A DNA stretch of 59,411 nucleotides, the filler included. It is 4 parts of 4 records of this genome, joined end to end, with 100 filler letters (N's around TTAATTAATTAA, not from the genome) between each part and the next. Parts side by side here need not be neighbours in the genome. Positions count along the whole stretch, not along the records: positions 1 to 14,027 come from SRR20825019_2881; 3 more parts are not named here. One strand, written 5' to 3'. The notes beneath the pieces are model-generated. The model searched no databases, had not been told where the DNA came from, and saw only the letters and a list, made by a program, of their open reading frames with translations. This document shows positions 1 through 9,356 of the stretch, piece after piece; position 1 is the first letter of the stretch, and each line of letters opens with the position of its first letter. A program made the position numbers and the translations under genes.

Positions 1-703
1 CCTGCTCGGGGCCGGTCAGCGTGACCTCGGGCAGGTCTGGTTCCGGGTCTGGCGTGGTCGACGGCACTTCTTCTATCGTTTCCGTCACCTGCGTCAGGGC
101 ATCATTCAATTCAGCCGCATTGCTGGCGGAGACAAACATGCCGCCCGTATTTTCGGCGATGCAAGAAAGATTGGCGTTCTCATCCTTCTTCAGATCGAAG
201 CCGACGACATGGGCGGTGAACTTCACGCCCTGTTTGGCCAATTGTGCAGAAAGCGCGCACGGATCAGCATTGCAGGTTTCCACGCCGTCCGAGATCAATA
301 CGACCGTCGCGGGATTATCGCGATAAGACAGCAGATCGGCTGCTTGTTGCACTGATGCAGAGATAGGTGTCTTGCCCACTGGCTTGATCGAGTTGACCGT
401 CTTGATAAAACTGGTCTTGTCCAACGGTCCGGATGGGATCATTGTTTCAATGTCAAGGCAATCGCCCTCTCTGCGATGGCCATAGGCGACAAGGCCCAGA
501 TTTGTCCCATCGTCCCATTTGCCGACGAGATCGCCCAGCACGTCGCGGGCAATCTCTATCTTGCTGGTGCCGTCGATCTGGCCCCACATGGAGCCCGAGG
601 CGTCATAGACGATGACGACGTCGTCCGCCGCCCGCACAGGGGCGGCGGAAGCCATGGTGCCAGCCATTGCCATCAGGGCCAGTCTCGGTGCGGTCAGTTT
701 CAT
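1..703 (-). CDS. Exported von Willebrand factor A (vWA) domain protein, 3'-truncated by window edge
   Basis: Not in the ORF track because it has no stop in the window. Manual translation from ATG 703: signal peptide MKLTAPRLALMAMAGTMASAAPVRA, then VVIVYDASGSMWGQIDG (MIDAS DxSxS), LGLVAYGHRREGDCLDIE, GKTPIS, VVLISDGVETCNADPC, AHVVGF, CIAENTGG. Confidence 0.9.
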   Translation of the reverse strand, partial: MKLTAPRLALMAMAGTMASAAPVRAADDVVIVYDASGSMWGQIDGTSKIEIARDVLGDLVGKWDDGTNLGLVAYGHRREGDCLDIETMIPSGPLDKTSFIKTVNSIKPVGKTPISASVQQAADLLSYRDNPATVVLISDGVETCNADPCALSAQLAKQGVKFTAHVVGFDLKKDENANLSCIAENTGGMFVSASNAAELNDALTQVTETIEEVPSTTPDPEPDLPEVTLTGPEQ

Positions 704-996
704 CTTCCGGTTCTTCTCTTGACTATCGCCTGACGATTACTCTCAGTTCGATAGGAAATCGCGCCTCGACATGCGATCAGGACGCCGACGGTGCTGGTCG
801 GTCAGCGACACGGCCAGTACGATGGGCACAATATTTCGCATGGTATCGACTCCTCATTTCAATCCGGCAGGTTCAGAAGAAAGAATATGCCCACGATGCC
901 TCACCATGCTCATCTTGATCTTCTCCGTGTTGTTTTTCGGCCTGCGTCCGCTCCGATTTATAGTGAGGATATTAGTTGCATGCTGGGCGACCTTTA

Positions 997-1041
997 CGCC
1001 CCGTTCGTTTGAACGGGGCGTCGGTGTAAAATGCAAGATAA
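997..1041. promoter_or_regulatory. Palindromic element, copy 1 (CGCCCC-N12-GGGGCG-N11-TGYAAGATAA) in the divergent vWA/OmpA intergenic region
   Basis: CGCCCCGTTCGTTTGAACGGGGCG at 997-1020 and TGCAAGATAA at 1032-1041. A near-identical copy with identical spacing is at 9252-9296. Confidence 0.6.
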
Positions 1042-1167
1042 TGTATTTTTACCAGCATCTCCCATTCAAGGGGACGCGGGTTTATGGTCACGTCGGAGCA
1101 AACTTACAAACAACCGAGCATAAATGAATAATTCTGCAAGGTTGTGACTGTTTTCAGGAGATTATAC

Positions 1168-2082
1168 ATGCCATGTTCCCTTATTTTGCGTTCTATGATC
1201 TTGATCTGCATGACCGCGGCTACCCCGGCGCTGGCGCAATCAAATGAAGCCCGCGAGTATCAGGACGGCAAACGGGGCATCGTGGTCCTGCCTCAGGGCG
1301 ACAAATCTTTTGCGGATGATGTCGTCAACTCCACGGCTGGCACAGGCAAGGTTGAGGACACCGCACTCGATGCCCAGGTTATCTTGGGGGCTCCCGATTT
1401 TTCCGGCAATGTGGATGACGGCAGTTTCTTGTCATTGGGCTGTGACGGATCAGTCATCTTGCAGTTCACCGACAACGCCTTGGTCGATGTCGAGGGACCC
1501 GATCTCTATGTTTTCGAGGTGGGGCCAAAGGTTGAGGGCATGACGCTCTCCATCTCGGAAGATGGCGATGCCTGGGTCGATCTGGGCGACATCAGCGGCG
1601 GGCGTGCCGAAGTCGATTTGGCGGGGCTGGTGCCGACGGATGCAAGTTACCGGTTCGTGCGTCTGACCGACGATGGGGATGGCTGCGGCACGCGGTTCGC
1701 GGGGGCGGATGTCGATGCGGTGGCGGCTATCGGGTCCTCCCTGCGATTCGTGCTGGACGGCGCGGTTCTGTTTGCAGTGGACAGCACCGAATTGCGATCC
1801 GAGGCGCAAGAGGCCCTGGACGCGCTTGCGCAAGATATCGCGGATGCGGGCCTGAGTGAATTTCGCGTCGCGGGGCATACAGATTCCACTGGTGATGACA
1901 CCTATAATCTTGCCTTGTCAAAGGACCGCGCCTCGGCCGTGCGGGACTATTTGAGCCGTCAATCGATTCTGGAGGACGTAACCGTTACTGCGGAAGGGCG
2001 AGGTGAGGCAGAACCGATCGCAGACAATGCGACCGACAAAGGGCGAAGCGTAAATCGTCGAGTGGAAATCATTGGGAAATGA
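1168..2082 (+). CDS. OmpA-family (OmpA_C peptidoglycan-binding) exported protein with acidic N-terminal beta-rich domain
   Basis: AGGAG RBS at 1156-1160 before ATG 1168; signal peptide ending ALA-Q; C-terminal VLFAVDSTEL...VAGHTDSTGDDTYNLALSKDRASAV...GRGEAEPIADN...NRRVEI. Confidence 0.88.
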   Translation: MPCSLILRSMILICMTAATPALAQSNEAREYQDGKRGIVVLPQGDKSFADDVVNSTAGTGKVEDTALDAQVILGAPDFSGNVDDGSFLSLGCDGSVILQFTDNALVDVEGPDLYVFEVGPKVEGMTLSISEDGDAWVDLGDISGGRAEVDLAGLVPTDASYRFVRLTDDGDGCGTRFAGADVDAVAAIGSSLRFVLDGAVLFAVDSTELRSEAQEALDALAQDIADAGLSEFRVAGHTDSTGDDTYNLALSKDRASAVRDYLSRQSILEDVTVTAEGRGEAEPIADNATDKGRSVNRRVEIIGK

Positions 2083-2173
2083 AAACTACATGGCGTATGG
2101 ACATGCGCCGCGCCCAATGTTGCAAGCGTTTCGCGAATATCCGTATTTGAGACTTGCCGCGAAATGTCTTATT

Positions 2174-3181
2174 TCAACTCTGTCCAATAGCGGGACCGGA
2201 CGCTGACGAATCTCCAGCGGACGCGTCGCCATCCCCGAGGTTCAGGTAGCCGTCGAGTTCGTCCCGGATATCGGAGGTAAGGGCGTCCGCGTGGGCAATG
2301 CGGGTGTAGAACAGGGTGAAGTAGATCACCTTGATCGCCGTCACGAGCCGCGCGAGGATCGCGTTGCCTATGAAGGTTAGGAAGACAAGCACGAAGAGCG
2401 GCAGCCAGTTGAACAGCGTCTGTTCGTTGAACGGCAGCGCGCCTGGAATGCTGCCGAACAGGTCCCCCAGCGGGCCAGCGGAGAACGCAGTGGGCATCAC
2501 GCCTCCGAATGCAAGGCCAAGGATGATGCCGAGGATGATCGCGATCAGATAGAGGGGCCCCAGAACGCTGCGCACGACTCCGGCCATGATGTCGATCCCG
2601 AAGACACCGACCAGTGTTGCGGGGACGTGATCCTTCAGCGAGCGGAGACGCGCGCCCCCGTCGCGGAAACTCAGCTTGTCGATGGCGAAGACGGGCAGGA
2701 GGAAATGGTTCACCAGATCCCATATCTCGACCAGTGTGCCAAGAACGAGCCGGACGAAAAGCCCACCGTTCCCGCGCCTCAGGGCCACCCACGCGCCCAC
2801 CATGTCGATCAGCCCAAGGATCCGGGCGCGGCCTTTCAGGTCGGCGAGTTCCTTGCGCAGGTTCTGCAGCGTCGCATCCCGTCCGCAGGCCGTGTCATAG
2901 ATCAGTCGGCTCAACCGCAATTCCTGATGGTTGTAGTAAAAAAACTTGTAGATGAAGGCGACGATCATGGCCAAAAGCAGCAGGCTGCCTGTCCCTCCCA
3001 TACCGACGACGATGGCGGCGACCCCGGCGAAGAACAGCACGACCACGAGGGTGGCGTAGATGCTCATCCGGATGATGGGCGACAGGATGTCCTTGTCGCG
3101 ACCAACGATCGTGAATGTGTTCTTGAGCAGGAAGCCCAGTTGTGAAAACTGCGCTCCTATTCCCGGTTTCTCGAAATCCAT
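2174..3181 (-). CDS. Multi-pass membrane protein of unknown function (DUF6159-like)
   Basis: GGAGG RBS before ATG 3181; several hydrophobic helices; N-terminal LLKNTFTIVGRDKDIL pattern recalls DUF6159 (family call from memory). Confidence 0.7.
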   Translation of the reverse strand: MDFEKPGIGAQFSQLGFLLKNTFTIVGRDKDILSPIIRMSIYATLVVVLFFAGVAAIVVGMGGTGSLLLLAMIVAFIYKFFYYNHQELRLSRLIYDTACGRDATLQNLRKELADLKGRARILGLIDMVGAWVALRRGNGGLFVRLVLGTLVEIWDLVNHFLLPVFAIDKLSFRDGGARLRSLKDHVPATLVGVFGIDIMAGVVRSVLGPLYLIAIILGIILGLAFGGVMPTAFSAGPLGDLFGSIPGALPFNEQTLFNWLPLFVLVFLTFIGNAILARLVTAIKVIYFTLFYTRIAHADALTSDIRDELDGYLNLGDGDASAGDSSASGPAIGQS

Positions 3182-3233
3182 GAGGTATCCTCCGTCGCTT
3201 CTGTATTCTTTCACCCGGCGCATTGCGGGGCAC

Positions 3234-4283
3234 TCAGGGCAGTTTGTGCCGACCCGTTACTGGCGATCCGATGGCCCGGTAGGCTTCACCGGCAGCTTCT
3301 GACCGGCCCCGGTTCCCCTTGTATTTCCCTTCGGTGTAATGGGCCTTCTTGAAAATATCAGTATCCGCGTCGAAAAGACCGGCCTGAACATCGTTGATGC
3401 CGTCTTCATCGATCGCGAAGAACTTGAACCGGAGGCGCCTCTCGGCCTCGGGCAGTTTCGTCTCCGGCGCGTCCGGCGCGCAGAAATCCGTCGTAGCGCC
3501 GGGATCGTCGACGCGGACCCGCCTCGTGTCGGAGCCTTCTGTCGTGACAGGCAGTAGGTGACCGTTCTCGTCGAGGAGGAGATTGACTTCGACGACTGTC
3601 GTGGTGTCCGGCGGGAATACCCGACAGGTTTTGACGCCCGTCAGCTCAATGGGACAACCCGGTTCGCCCGGCTGAATCTCGGTCACACCCTCGTCAGACT
3701 GGCGGGTTTTCGCTACAGATCGCAGAGCCGAGATGTAACGCCCGGCCTGATCCCTTGGCACGCCCAACTCGTCGGCGATAATGCCGATCACCTCGCTGCG
3801 CAGCGCGGGATCGACTGTCAGCCGGTCGTCGTCCGATTTTGTATTCGTCTGCTCGGGATTGCCGCAGCCCTCCATATCGGGGGTGTGCCCCTCCACAAGC
3901 GTCATTTCGAAGATCACGCCGCCGTCGGAGCCCGGAACCAGGATCTGGCCCGTCAGGCGGTCGGGGCTCCAGACATCGAACACGGCCGGTGCGCCCTGAT
4001 GCGACCCGACATAATGCGTAGGATCGTTGGCGCTTTGCTTGAGAGGAATCGCCCCGTCGCCATGAATCACCAACGTGCGCCCGCAATCCTTCACGTCGAT
4101 GCGGACGGGCTGTTTGCGGTAGGGATTGGGCACGCCCGTGACCTTGCCTTGAACTGGCGGCGACGCGCCGGTGACGGCAGATATGTATTCCCCTTCGCAA
4201 ACAGGGGCTGCTCCAGCACCTTGCGAGATCAGCAGGGACGCTGCAAATGTCATGAATACCCGGCTAAATGTGGTCATCGTCAT
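3234..4283 (-). CDS. Secreted Cys-containing hypothetical protein
   Basis: 349-aa ORF; signal peptide (ending AGA-APVC); several Cys; tight spacing within minus-strand run. Confidence 0.75.
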   Translation of the reverse strand: MTMTTFSRVFMTFAASLLISQGAGAAPVCEGEYISAVTGASPPVQGKVTGVPNPYRKQPVRIDVKDCGRTLVIHGDGAIPLKQSANDPTHYVGSHQGAPAVFDVWSPDRLTGQILVPGSDGGVIFEMTLVEGHTPDMEGCGNPEQTNTKSDDDRLTVDPALRSEVIGIIADELGVPRDQAGRYISALRSVAKTRQSDEGVTEIQPGEPGCPIELTGVKTCRVFPPDTTTVVEVNLLLDENGHLLPVTTEGSDTRRVRVDDPGATTDFCAPDAPETKLPEAERRLRFKFFAIDEDGINDVQAGLFDADTDIFKKAHYTEGKYKGNRGRSEAAGEAYRAIGSPVTGRHKLP

Positions 4284-4337
4284 TTTCTCTTTCCTGTTTT
4301 GTCGTGGTGCGACTTCTGACCGTAGGGCGGGCAGGCA

Positions 4338-5063
4338 TCATTCGCCGTCCGAGGCACCTTTGCAGTAGACGAGAACGGATTGGACCAGCTCCTTGGCGAC
4401 CGTTTTGTTCTTTTCGTTGTCGGCACTTACGTCTACTTGTAAGCTGAATTCGGTCGCTCCGGTCAGGAGGTCGAGTTCCTTGGTGCGGATGTTCCACGCT
4501 GCGGCATCGCCGATATCGGCAACCGGCTCGAACATGATCCGCGCGGTGGCGGCACCCAGCAGCTTGTTGGCTATCTTGCGTGTCTTTTCATCTTCGTCTT
4601 TCATGTTCTCGTTGATCGCAGCCGCGGCTTTCTCGCGCTCCTCTGCAGTCATGTTGTGATGGGCGCGCTGGAACCGTTTGACGGGGTCGTTCGAATCACG
4701 GTCGTAGTAATCCGAATCCGTGTAGGTCGTGATACCGCCCAAGCTAATCATGTTCGGTACCGGGGTTTCGATTTCCATACCCGACACGCTCATCGTTCGG
4801 GTGCGATCACTGGGCCAGGAGTAGGAGAGCTCGTGTGAATACTCTTTGTCGTATTCGACCTCCATTTCCTCGGCGGCAGCCTGCACGTAAGGTGCAATAA
4901 CCTGTCGCGTGAACAGCGTGTCCAGCTTGCCGATATGCTGCTGCAAGCAGGCCTCCACCTCTGTGGTGGCGGATGTTGCCGCCTGCGCTGTATCCAGTGG
5001 ATAGCCACAGGCTGTGGCAAGCGCCGCAATGGCAAGGGGCGTGATGAAATTGTGATACGTCAT
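4338..5063 (-). CDS. Putative lipoprotein of unknown function
   Basis: 241 aa; lipobox-like LATA-C; AAGGA RBS; C-terminal FEPVADIGDAAAWN motif. Confidence 0.75.
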   Translation of the reverse strand: MTYHNFITPLAIAALATACGYPLDTAQAATSATTEVEACLQQHIGKLDTLFTRQVIAPYVQAAAEEMEVEYDKEYSHELSYSWPSDRTRTMSVSGMEIETPVPNMISLGGITTYTDSDYYDRDSNDPVKRFQRAHHNMTAEEREKAAAAINENMKDEDEKTRKIANKLLGAATARIMFEPVADIGDAAAWNIRTKELDLLTGATEFSLQVDVSADNEKNKTVAKELVQSVLVYCKGASDGE

Positions 5064-5104
5064 GGATTGTTTCCTTGTCGTTGCATGTGGATCTCGGCGG
5101 CTTC

Positions 5105-7570
5105 CTAAAAATCACTCAGGTCGAGGCTGTCGAGGGCGTCATCCAGGCGGTCGCTCATAATGTCCCCCATGTCGAAGATCGGCGCGCCGGGCCTGGTCGC
5201 GGCAGCCTCGGCGCCGCCCTTCAGGCCGGCGGAAACGCCGCTGATGGCCGGTCCGCCAAACAAGCTGTCGTCGTCGTAGCCGTCGTCGGTTGAATGCACG
5301 TTGAAGTGCCCCACCACCTTGTCGCGGCCCAGCGGGATGTCACACCGGCCGGAAGTCCGTTCACGGAGGACGTCAAACTCGAACGTCCCCGCAATCCGGT
5401 CCTGTCCGGCCGTCTCCAGTGTCAGTCGACCCTCCGTGCAAAGGACGGGCTCGCACCCGACCCGCGCTGCGCGCTTGCGGACCTTCTCTTGCTCTTCGAT
5501 CGTCATGGTGCAGGCGTTCCAGCGTTCGCGCGTCCCATCATGCGTTGCGAAGGGAAAACCACGGCGGGCCGCGTCAAAAAATACCTTCGGCAAAACCTCT
5601 ACGTTGAACACCGGCGCTTCATCCATGGGGTAAAGGTTCTTGTTGACTGCACCGGGCATGTTTTGCGGGCCACCGGCACTGCCCTTCAGCGTGGCGGAGA
5701 GGAGCATCTGGCACGTTTCGCCATCAGTCTGGCCCACGAATGTGGCAAGGATGTCCGTACTCTGTCGGGCGCGCGCCTTGGCGGCGGCGGCGTCCAACCC
5801 CGGTGCGGCGCCGGCGGCTTCAAGCTCGGCGCGCATTTTTTCAATCTCGCCCTGCAGGTGCTGCGCCGACTCGCCGTCCAGCCCGCCGCTGCGTTCTGCC
5901 CTTTGCGTGATGATATCCAGTTTGTCCGCTACCCCCTCCATGCTGCGGGTGAAATCGGGCATCGCCCGCTCGATGTCGCGCCCTTTCTCATCGGGCGTGA
6001 CAAGATCGAAGATGGCGCGCGCGGTCGCGTCGCCGCTGCACGACCAAGGTCCCGGCCCACGCACGGCAAAGCCCGGCGGAAGCTCGCCGGCGATGGCGCC
6101 GATGTCACCCTCTGACAATCCGCCGGTCACGTCGTCGCCGTAATAACCTTCGACCTCGACGCGAAGGGAAAATTCGGCGCTTGCCGTTTTGGCGGCGTCC
6201 TCGGCAACATTGGCGACGCGGACGAGGTATTCGGCGACACCGCCCTCGGCCGGACCGAACTGCTCGACGTCCGTGTAGGGCGCGCTCGGGTCCATGGGCC
6301 GCTTGACGACAGTATCTTCGACGATGAGGTGCAGGTCATTTCGATCGGTCCCGTCCGGTGCGTCGAGGGTGAAACGCACCTTGTAGGGGATCGGGCTGGC
6401 ATCCTGCGGAAGGTGGACACGCACGCGCCACGCCCGCGCTGCGAGAGGCTCCAGCGGGCCACCCGTGAGCGAGCTGGTCGTCTTGTAGAGGTCCGGCGCG
6501 CCGAGCGTTATCTCTTCGAGATGGCCGTAGAAGCGATCCTCGGTGAGATATTGCGCTACGAATTGTGGGTAGAGATCGTAGAGGCCATCGCGATACGCCC
6601 GGATTGCGTTGTATTCTGCTGCCGCGCCCTTCAGCCCGCTGTCGATATTGGCGATCCCACCGTTGCTCCAGGGTTTCGTCCCTTCGAAGATGTATCGGGT
6701 ATAGCCGACCCTCTCGCCATCGGTGCGACCGATCATGTCACCGACAGCATACCAGAAGTACCATGTACCGTAGTCGCAGTACCATGACACGGTCTCGAGT
6801 GCTGTCATCTCGGGTCGCTTTGCGCGTTCTATGTGCGCGGCTGGCAGCGCGCCCATGTGAAGCGATTGATCGAACTTACGAACCCATGCGGCCCGATTCG
6901 ATCCCTTGAACGGGTGGCCCCAGGAAACATCCTCCGTCCCTTCCAGCCAGCGGATCTGGACCATCGCGGCCGTCCCCTCGACCAGCCAGCTGAGATCGGT
7001 ATCCTGCTCACCCCGGGGGCTGGGGCATTGCGGGATTTCGGGCGCCACTCGCATGGCCGGGGTGAGCCGCGGGCTCATCCTGTCCTGAATGGCATGATAC
7101 AGCTCATGGACGGCCGAGGCCTTCATCAAACTCCAGATCGGCGTATCGGCAGACAGCAACCTTGGGTTCGAGGTCAGCAGCATCTTGCCGTCCGATTTGT
7201 GAGAGGAGCCTACGCCATCGGTATCGCGCTTGAGGCGGCCCAGATATGCCTCGCCTTGCCCTACGTTCAGGTCGCCATCCTCGGTTTTCTGGACTGGTTC
7301 CGGAAACCCGAGGGACTGATACCAGATACTCGCCGCCTCCAGGGTGGTGCGGTGCGTCTCTGCCAGTTCACCGCGCTCGCCGAGCGGCGTGATGTAGGTG
7401 TCCCATTCCTCGTATTTCTTATGTGGTTTTTCGATCTCTGCGTTCATCACCACCCATTCGGTCGTGCGCCATTGCGCCCAGGCCGGCGTGGCGAGCGTGA
7501 CCACAAACAGAACCAACGACAGGAAGCACTGACTGAACAGGCTAAAGAGCGGGACGAGGCGTGTGTTCAT
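5105..7570 (-). CDS. Large secreted protein with zincin-type metallopeptidase motif
   Basis: Likely start MNTRLVP (7570) gives a signal peptide ending AWA-Q; SAVHELYHAIQ (HExxH) followed by SWLVEGTA (gluzincin-type third ligand); Cys-rich C-terminal region. Confidence 0.75.
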   Translation of the reverse strand: MNTRLVPLFSLFSQCFLSLVLFVVTLATPAWAQWRTTEWVVMNAEIEKPHKKYEEWDTYITPLGERGELAETHRTTLEAASIWYQSLGFPEPVQKTEDGDLNVGQGEAYLGRLKRDTDGVGSSHKSDGKMLLTSNPRLLSADTPIWSLMKASAVHELYHAIQDRMSPRLTPAMRVAPEIPQCPSPRGEQDTDLSWLVEGTAAMVQIRWLEGTEDVSWGHPFKGSNRAAWVRKFDQSLHMGALPAAHIERAKRPEMTALETVSWYCDYGTWYFWYAVGDMIGRTDGERVGYTRYIFEGTKPWSNGGIANIDSGLKGAAAEYNAIRAYRDGLYDLYPQFVAQYLTEDRFYGHLEEITLGAPDLYKTTSSLTGGPLEPLAARAWRVRVHLPQDASPIPYKVRFTLDAPDGTDRNDLHLIVEDTVVKRPMDPSAPYTDVEQFGPAEGGVAEYLVRVANVAEDAAKTASAEFSLRVEVEGYYGDDVTGGLSEGDIGAIAGELPPGFAVRGPGPWSCSGDATARAIFDLVTPDEKGRDIERAMPDFTRSMEGVADKLDIITQRAERSGGLDGESAQHLQGEIEKMRAELEAAGAAPGLDAAAAKARARQSTDILATFVGQTDGETCQMLLSATLKGSAGGPQNMPGAVNKNLYPMDEAPVFNVEVLPKVFFDAARRGFPFATHDGTRERWNACTMTIEEQEKVRKRAARVGCEPVLCTEGRLTLETAGQDRIAGTFEFDVLRERTSGRCDIPLGRDKVVGHFNVHSTDDGYDDDSLFGGPAISGVSAGLKGGAEAAATRPGAPIFDMGDIMSDRLDDALDSLDLSDF

Positions 7571-7747
7571 TTTAGTCTCGGTCAATATCCAGATTGATTC
7601 CAGCGTGCCAATGCTCGATGAGATGCCGCCATTAATCGGGGTCGCAGCGCCGAATGGTCTACTCCTATGGCGGCTGGCCAGCATCTGCTCGATCACGATC
7701 TCGCAATGCTTGCCGTCCATCTCGGTGTCTAACATTGATCTGCCACC

Positions 7748-8731
7748 TTAGGCCGGGTTTGCCTCTGTGTGGGCGGCCTCCGGCACGCCAGCCTCACCCA
7801 AAGCCCGCTCTTTCAACTTGCGGAACTTGGCCGACAACTGCTCCAGCTGGGCCTCCCATTCGGGATCGGGCTGCTGTCCTTCTATAGTGTTGAAATAAAC
7901 CTGCATCATGCAGGTGATCGCAAACGGCTCCAGCAGAGCGGCCTTAACGCTCCAGGCGAACAGCAGGGCGAAAACAACGCCGCCTGCGGCCCATGCTCCG
8001 GGCATCAGATAAACCACCATCGCCGCCGGGGTGAGCATGACCAGAAACACCAGAAAGCCCAGCCCATAGACAAACATCGCCAGCCAGGCCGCGTTCTTCA
8101 GCATTGTCTTGTAGTTCTGCCCGTAGAGCACCAGCGCCTCCTTGGCCGACATCCAGGCGTTGTCCGACCGGGTGCGGATCGCATAGGCAAGGATGACCTC
8201 ATCGATGAACCCGACCGCGACGCGCAGAAAGGCCGAAAGGATGCTTGCAATTTGCTGCGCTCCCGGTATCGGCAGAATGGTCAGAATTCCCCGTACCAGA
8301 CCGGAAATTGCCTTGACGACCCCCTTGATCATCTGATCGACGGCGAACAGCACGCTGGCCTGCGGGAAACGCTCCTTGACCACGGCCGTCGCATGGGCGA
8401 TCTGGCCACGCCCCTCCGGCATCGGTTTGTCGTCGATCAGTTGGATCAGAACCGCGATATGACCGGCCTTGACGATATAGAGGATGTATTCCCGCATCCA
8501 GTACATGATCGCGCCGAAAATGCCGAACCCTGCAAAACCTCCCCACATCGTGGTGCTGGCCCGGAATTCCTCATCGCCAAAACCGCCTAGGCCATACCCG
8601 ACGCCGGCGCCGGCGCCAGTGACAAGGAGGTAACCGAGCGTAATTCCGAAATAGACGGCCATGCGAAGAAGAAGGAATGGCAGTGTGCGTGCCATCATCC
8701 CCAATGCGCTACCAAGGCTGAAATCCCACAT
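7748..8731 (-). CDS. Conserved-looking multi-pass membrane protein of unknown function
   Basis: 327 aa, ~5-6 hydrophobic segments, soluble C-tail PDPEWEAQLEQLSAKF. Confidence 0.8.
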   Translation of the reverse strand: MWDFSLGSALGMMARTLPFLLLRMAVYFGITLGYLLVTGAGAGVGYGLGGFGDEEFRASTTMWGGFAGFGIFGAIMYWMREYILYIVKAGHIAVLIQLIDDKPMPEGRGQIAHATAVVKERFPQASVLFAVDQMIKGVVKAISGLVRGILTILPIPGAQQIASILSAFLRVAVGFIDEVILAYAIRTRSDNAWMSAKEALVLYGQNYKTMLKNAAWLAMFVYGLGFLVFLVMLTPAAMVVYLMPGAWAAGGVVFALLFAWSVKAALLEPFAITCMMQVYFNTIEGQQPDPEWEAQLEQLSAKFRKLKERALGEAGVPEAAHTEANPA

Positions 8732-8808
8732 GTCGTTTTTCCCTGTTCAAGTTCTGGCGAGCTGTGCGACAGATCCCACCACATCCGCCGGTCGGAGGAT
8801 ACGGAATG

Positions 8809-9177
8809 TCATGTTTCGCATTTGCTGTTTCCGTATTTTGTCGAGCAAACCCGCGCGGCGCAGGATGCGATCTGCGGATCCCGCAACCGCTTCTTGATGT
8901 CGACAGTCTCGATCGCCGTATAGGGAACCGAGATCGTCTCGGTATCCCGCGTGCAATTGGTGGTCGATCCTGTCGTCTCGCAGGTCGTCTTGCCCGTCAG
9001 TCGTGTTTCACTGCGGTATTTGGTAACCGCTTCTTGCCGATAGACCGGTGGAATTTTCAGCAGCCATTCCGCTTCGCAGTATTTTTTCTCCGTCCGGTAT
9101 TCGGGCGTTCCACATCCCGCCAATACGATGAGTCCGAATATGCAAAAACCGAAAGCGGATTTGGGAAACTGTGACAT
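8809..9177 (-). CDS. Small Cys-rich lipoprotein
   Basis: GGAG RBS; lipobox LAG-C; six further Cys in 122 aa. Confidence 0.75.
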   Translation of the reverse strand: MSQFPKSAFGFCIFGLIVLAGCGTPEYRTEKKYCEAEWLLKIPPVYRQEAVTKYRSETRLTGKTTCETTGSTTNCTRDTETISVPYTAIETVDIKKRLRDPQIASCAARVCSTKYGNSKCET

Positions 9178-9251
9178 GGTTCGCTCCGGTTGCCAGACAA
9201 CGCCCGTCTACCCCGGGCTTTGAATGGCAGATTGCATAGCCATGCCAGCCG

Positions 9252-9296
9252 CGCCCCGTTCGTTCAGAGGGGGCGACATAATTATTTGTAAGATAA
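9252..9296. promoter_or_regulatory. Palindromic element, copy 2, between the lipoprotein gene and the sensor operon
   Basis: CGCCCCGTTCGTTCAGAGGGGGCG (20/24 identical to 997-1020) and TGTAAGATAA at the same offset. Confidence 0.6.
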
Positions 9297-9356
9297 AAAG
9301 TTTGCGCAACGGGTAGGGGGCTGGTGAAATGCGGTGGAAAGTAAAGGGAGCGAGAT

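Noticed and set aside
771-1127. ORFs in the vWA-OmpA intergenic region
   Set aside because: No RBS or domain; they overlap the conserved regulatory element
2331-8590. Many long plus-strand ORFs antisense to the minus-strand cluster (e.g. 3558-4319, 5294-6115, 7769-8590)
   Set aside because: Shadow ORFs expected from GC-rich codon bias
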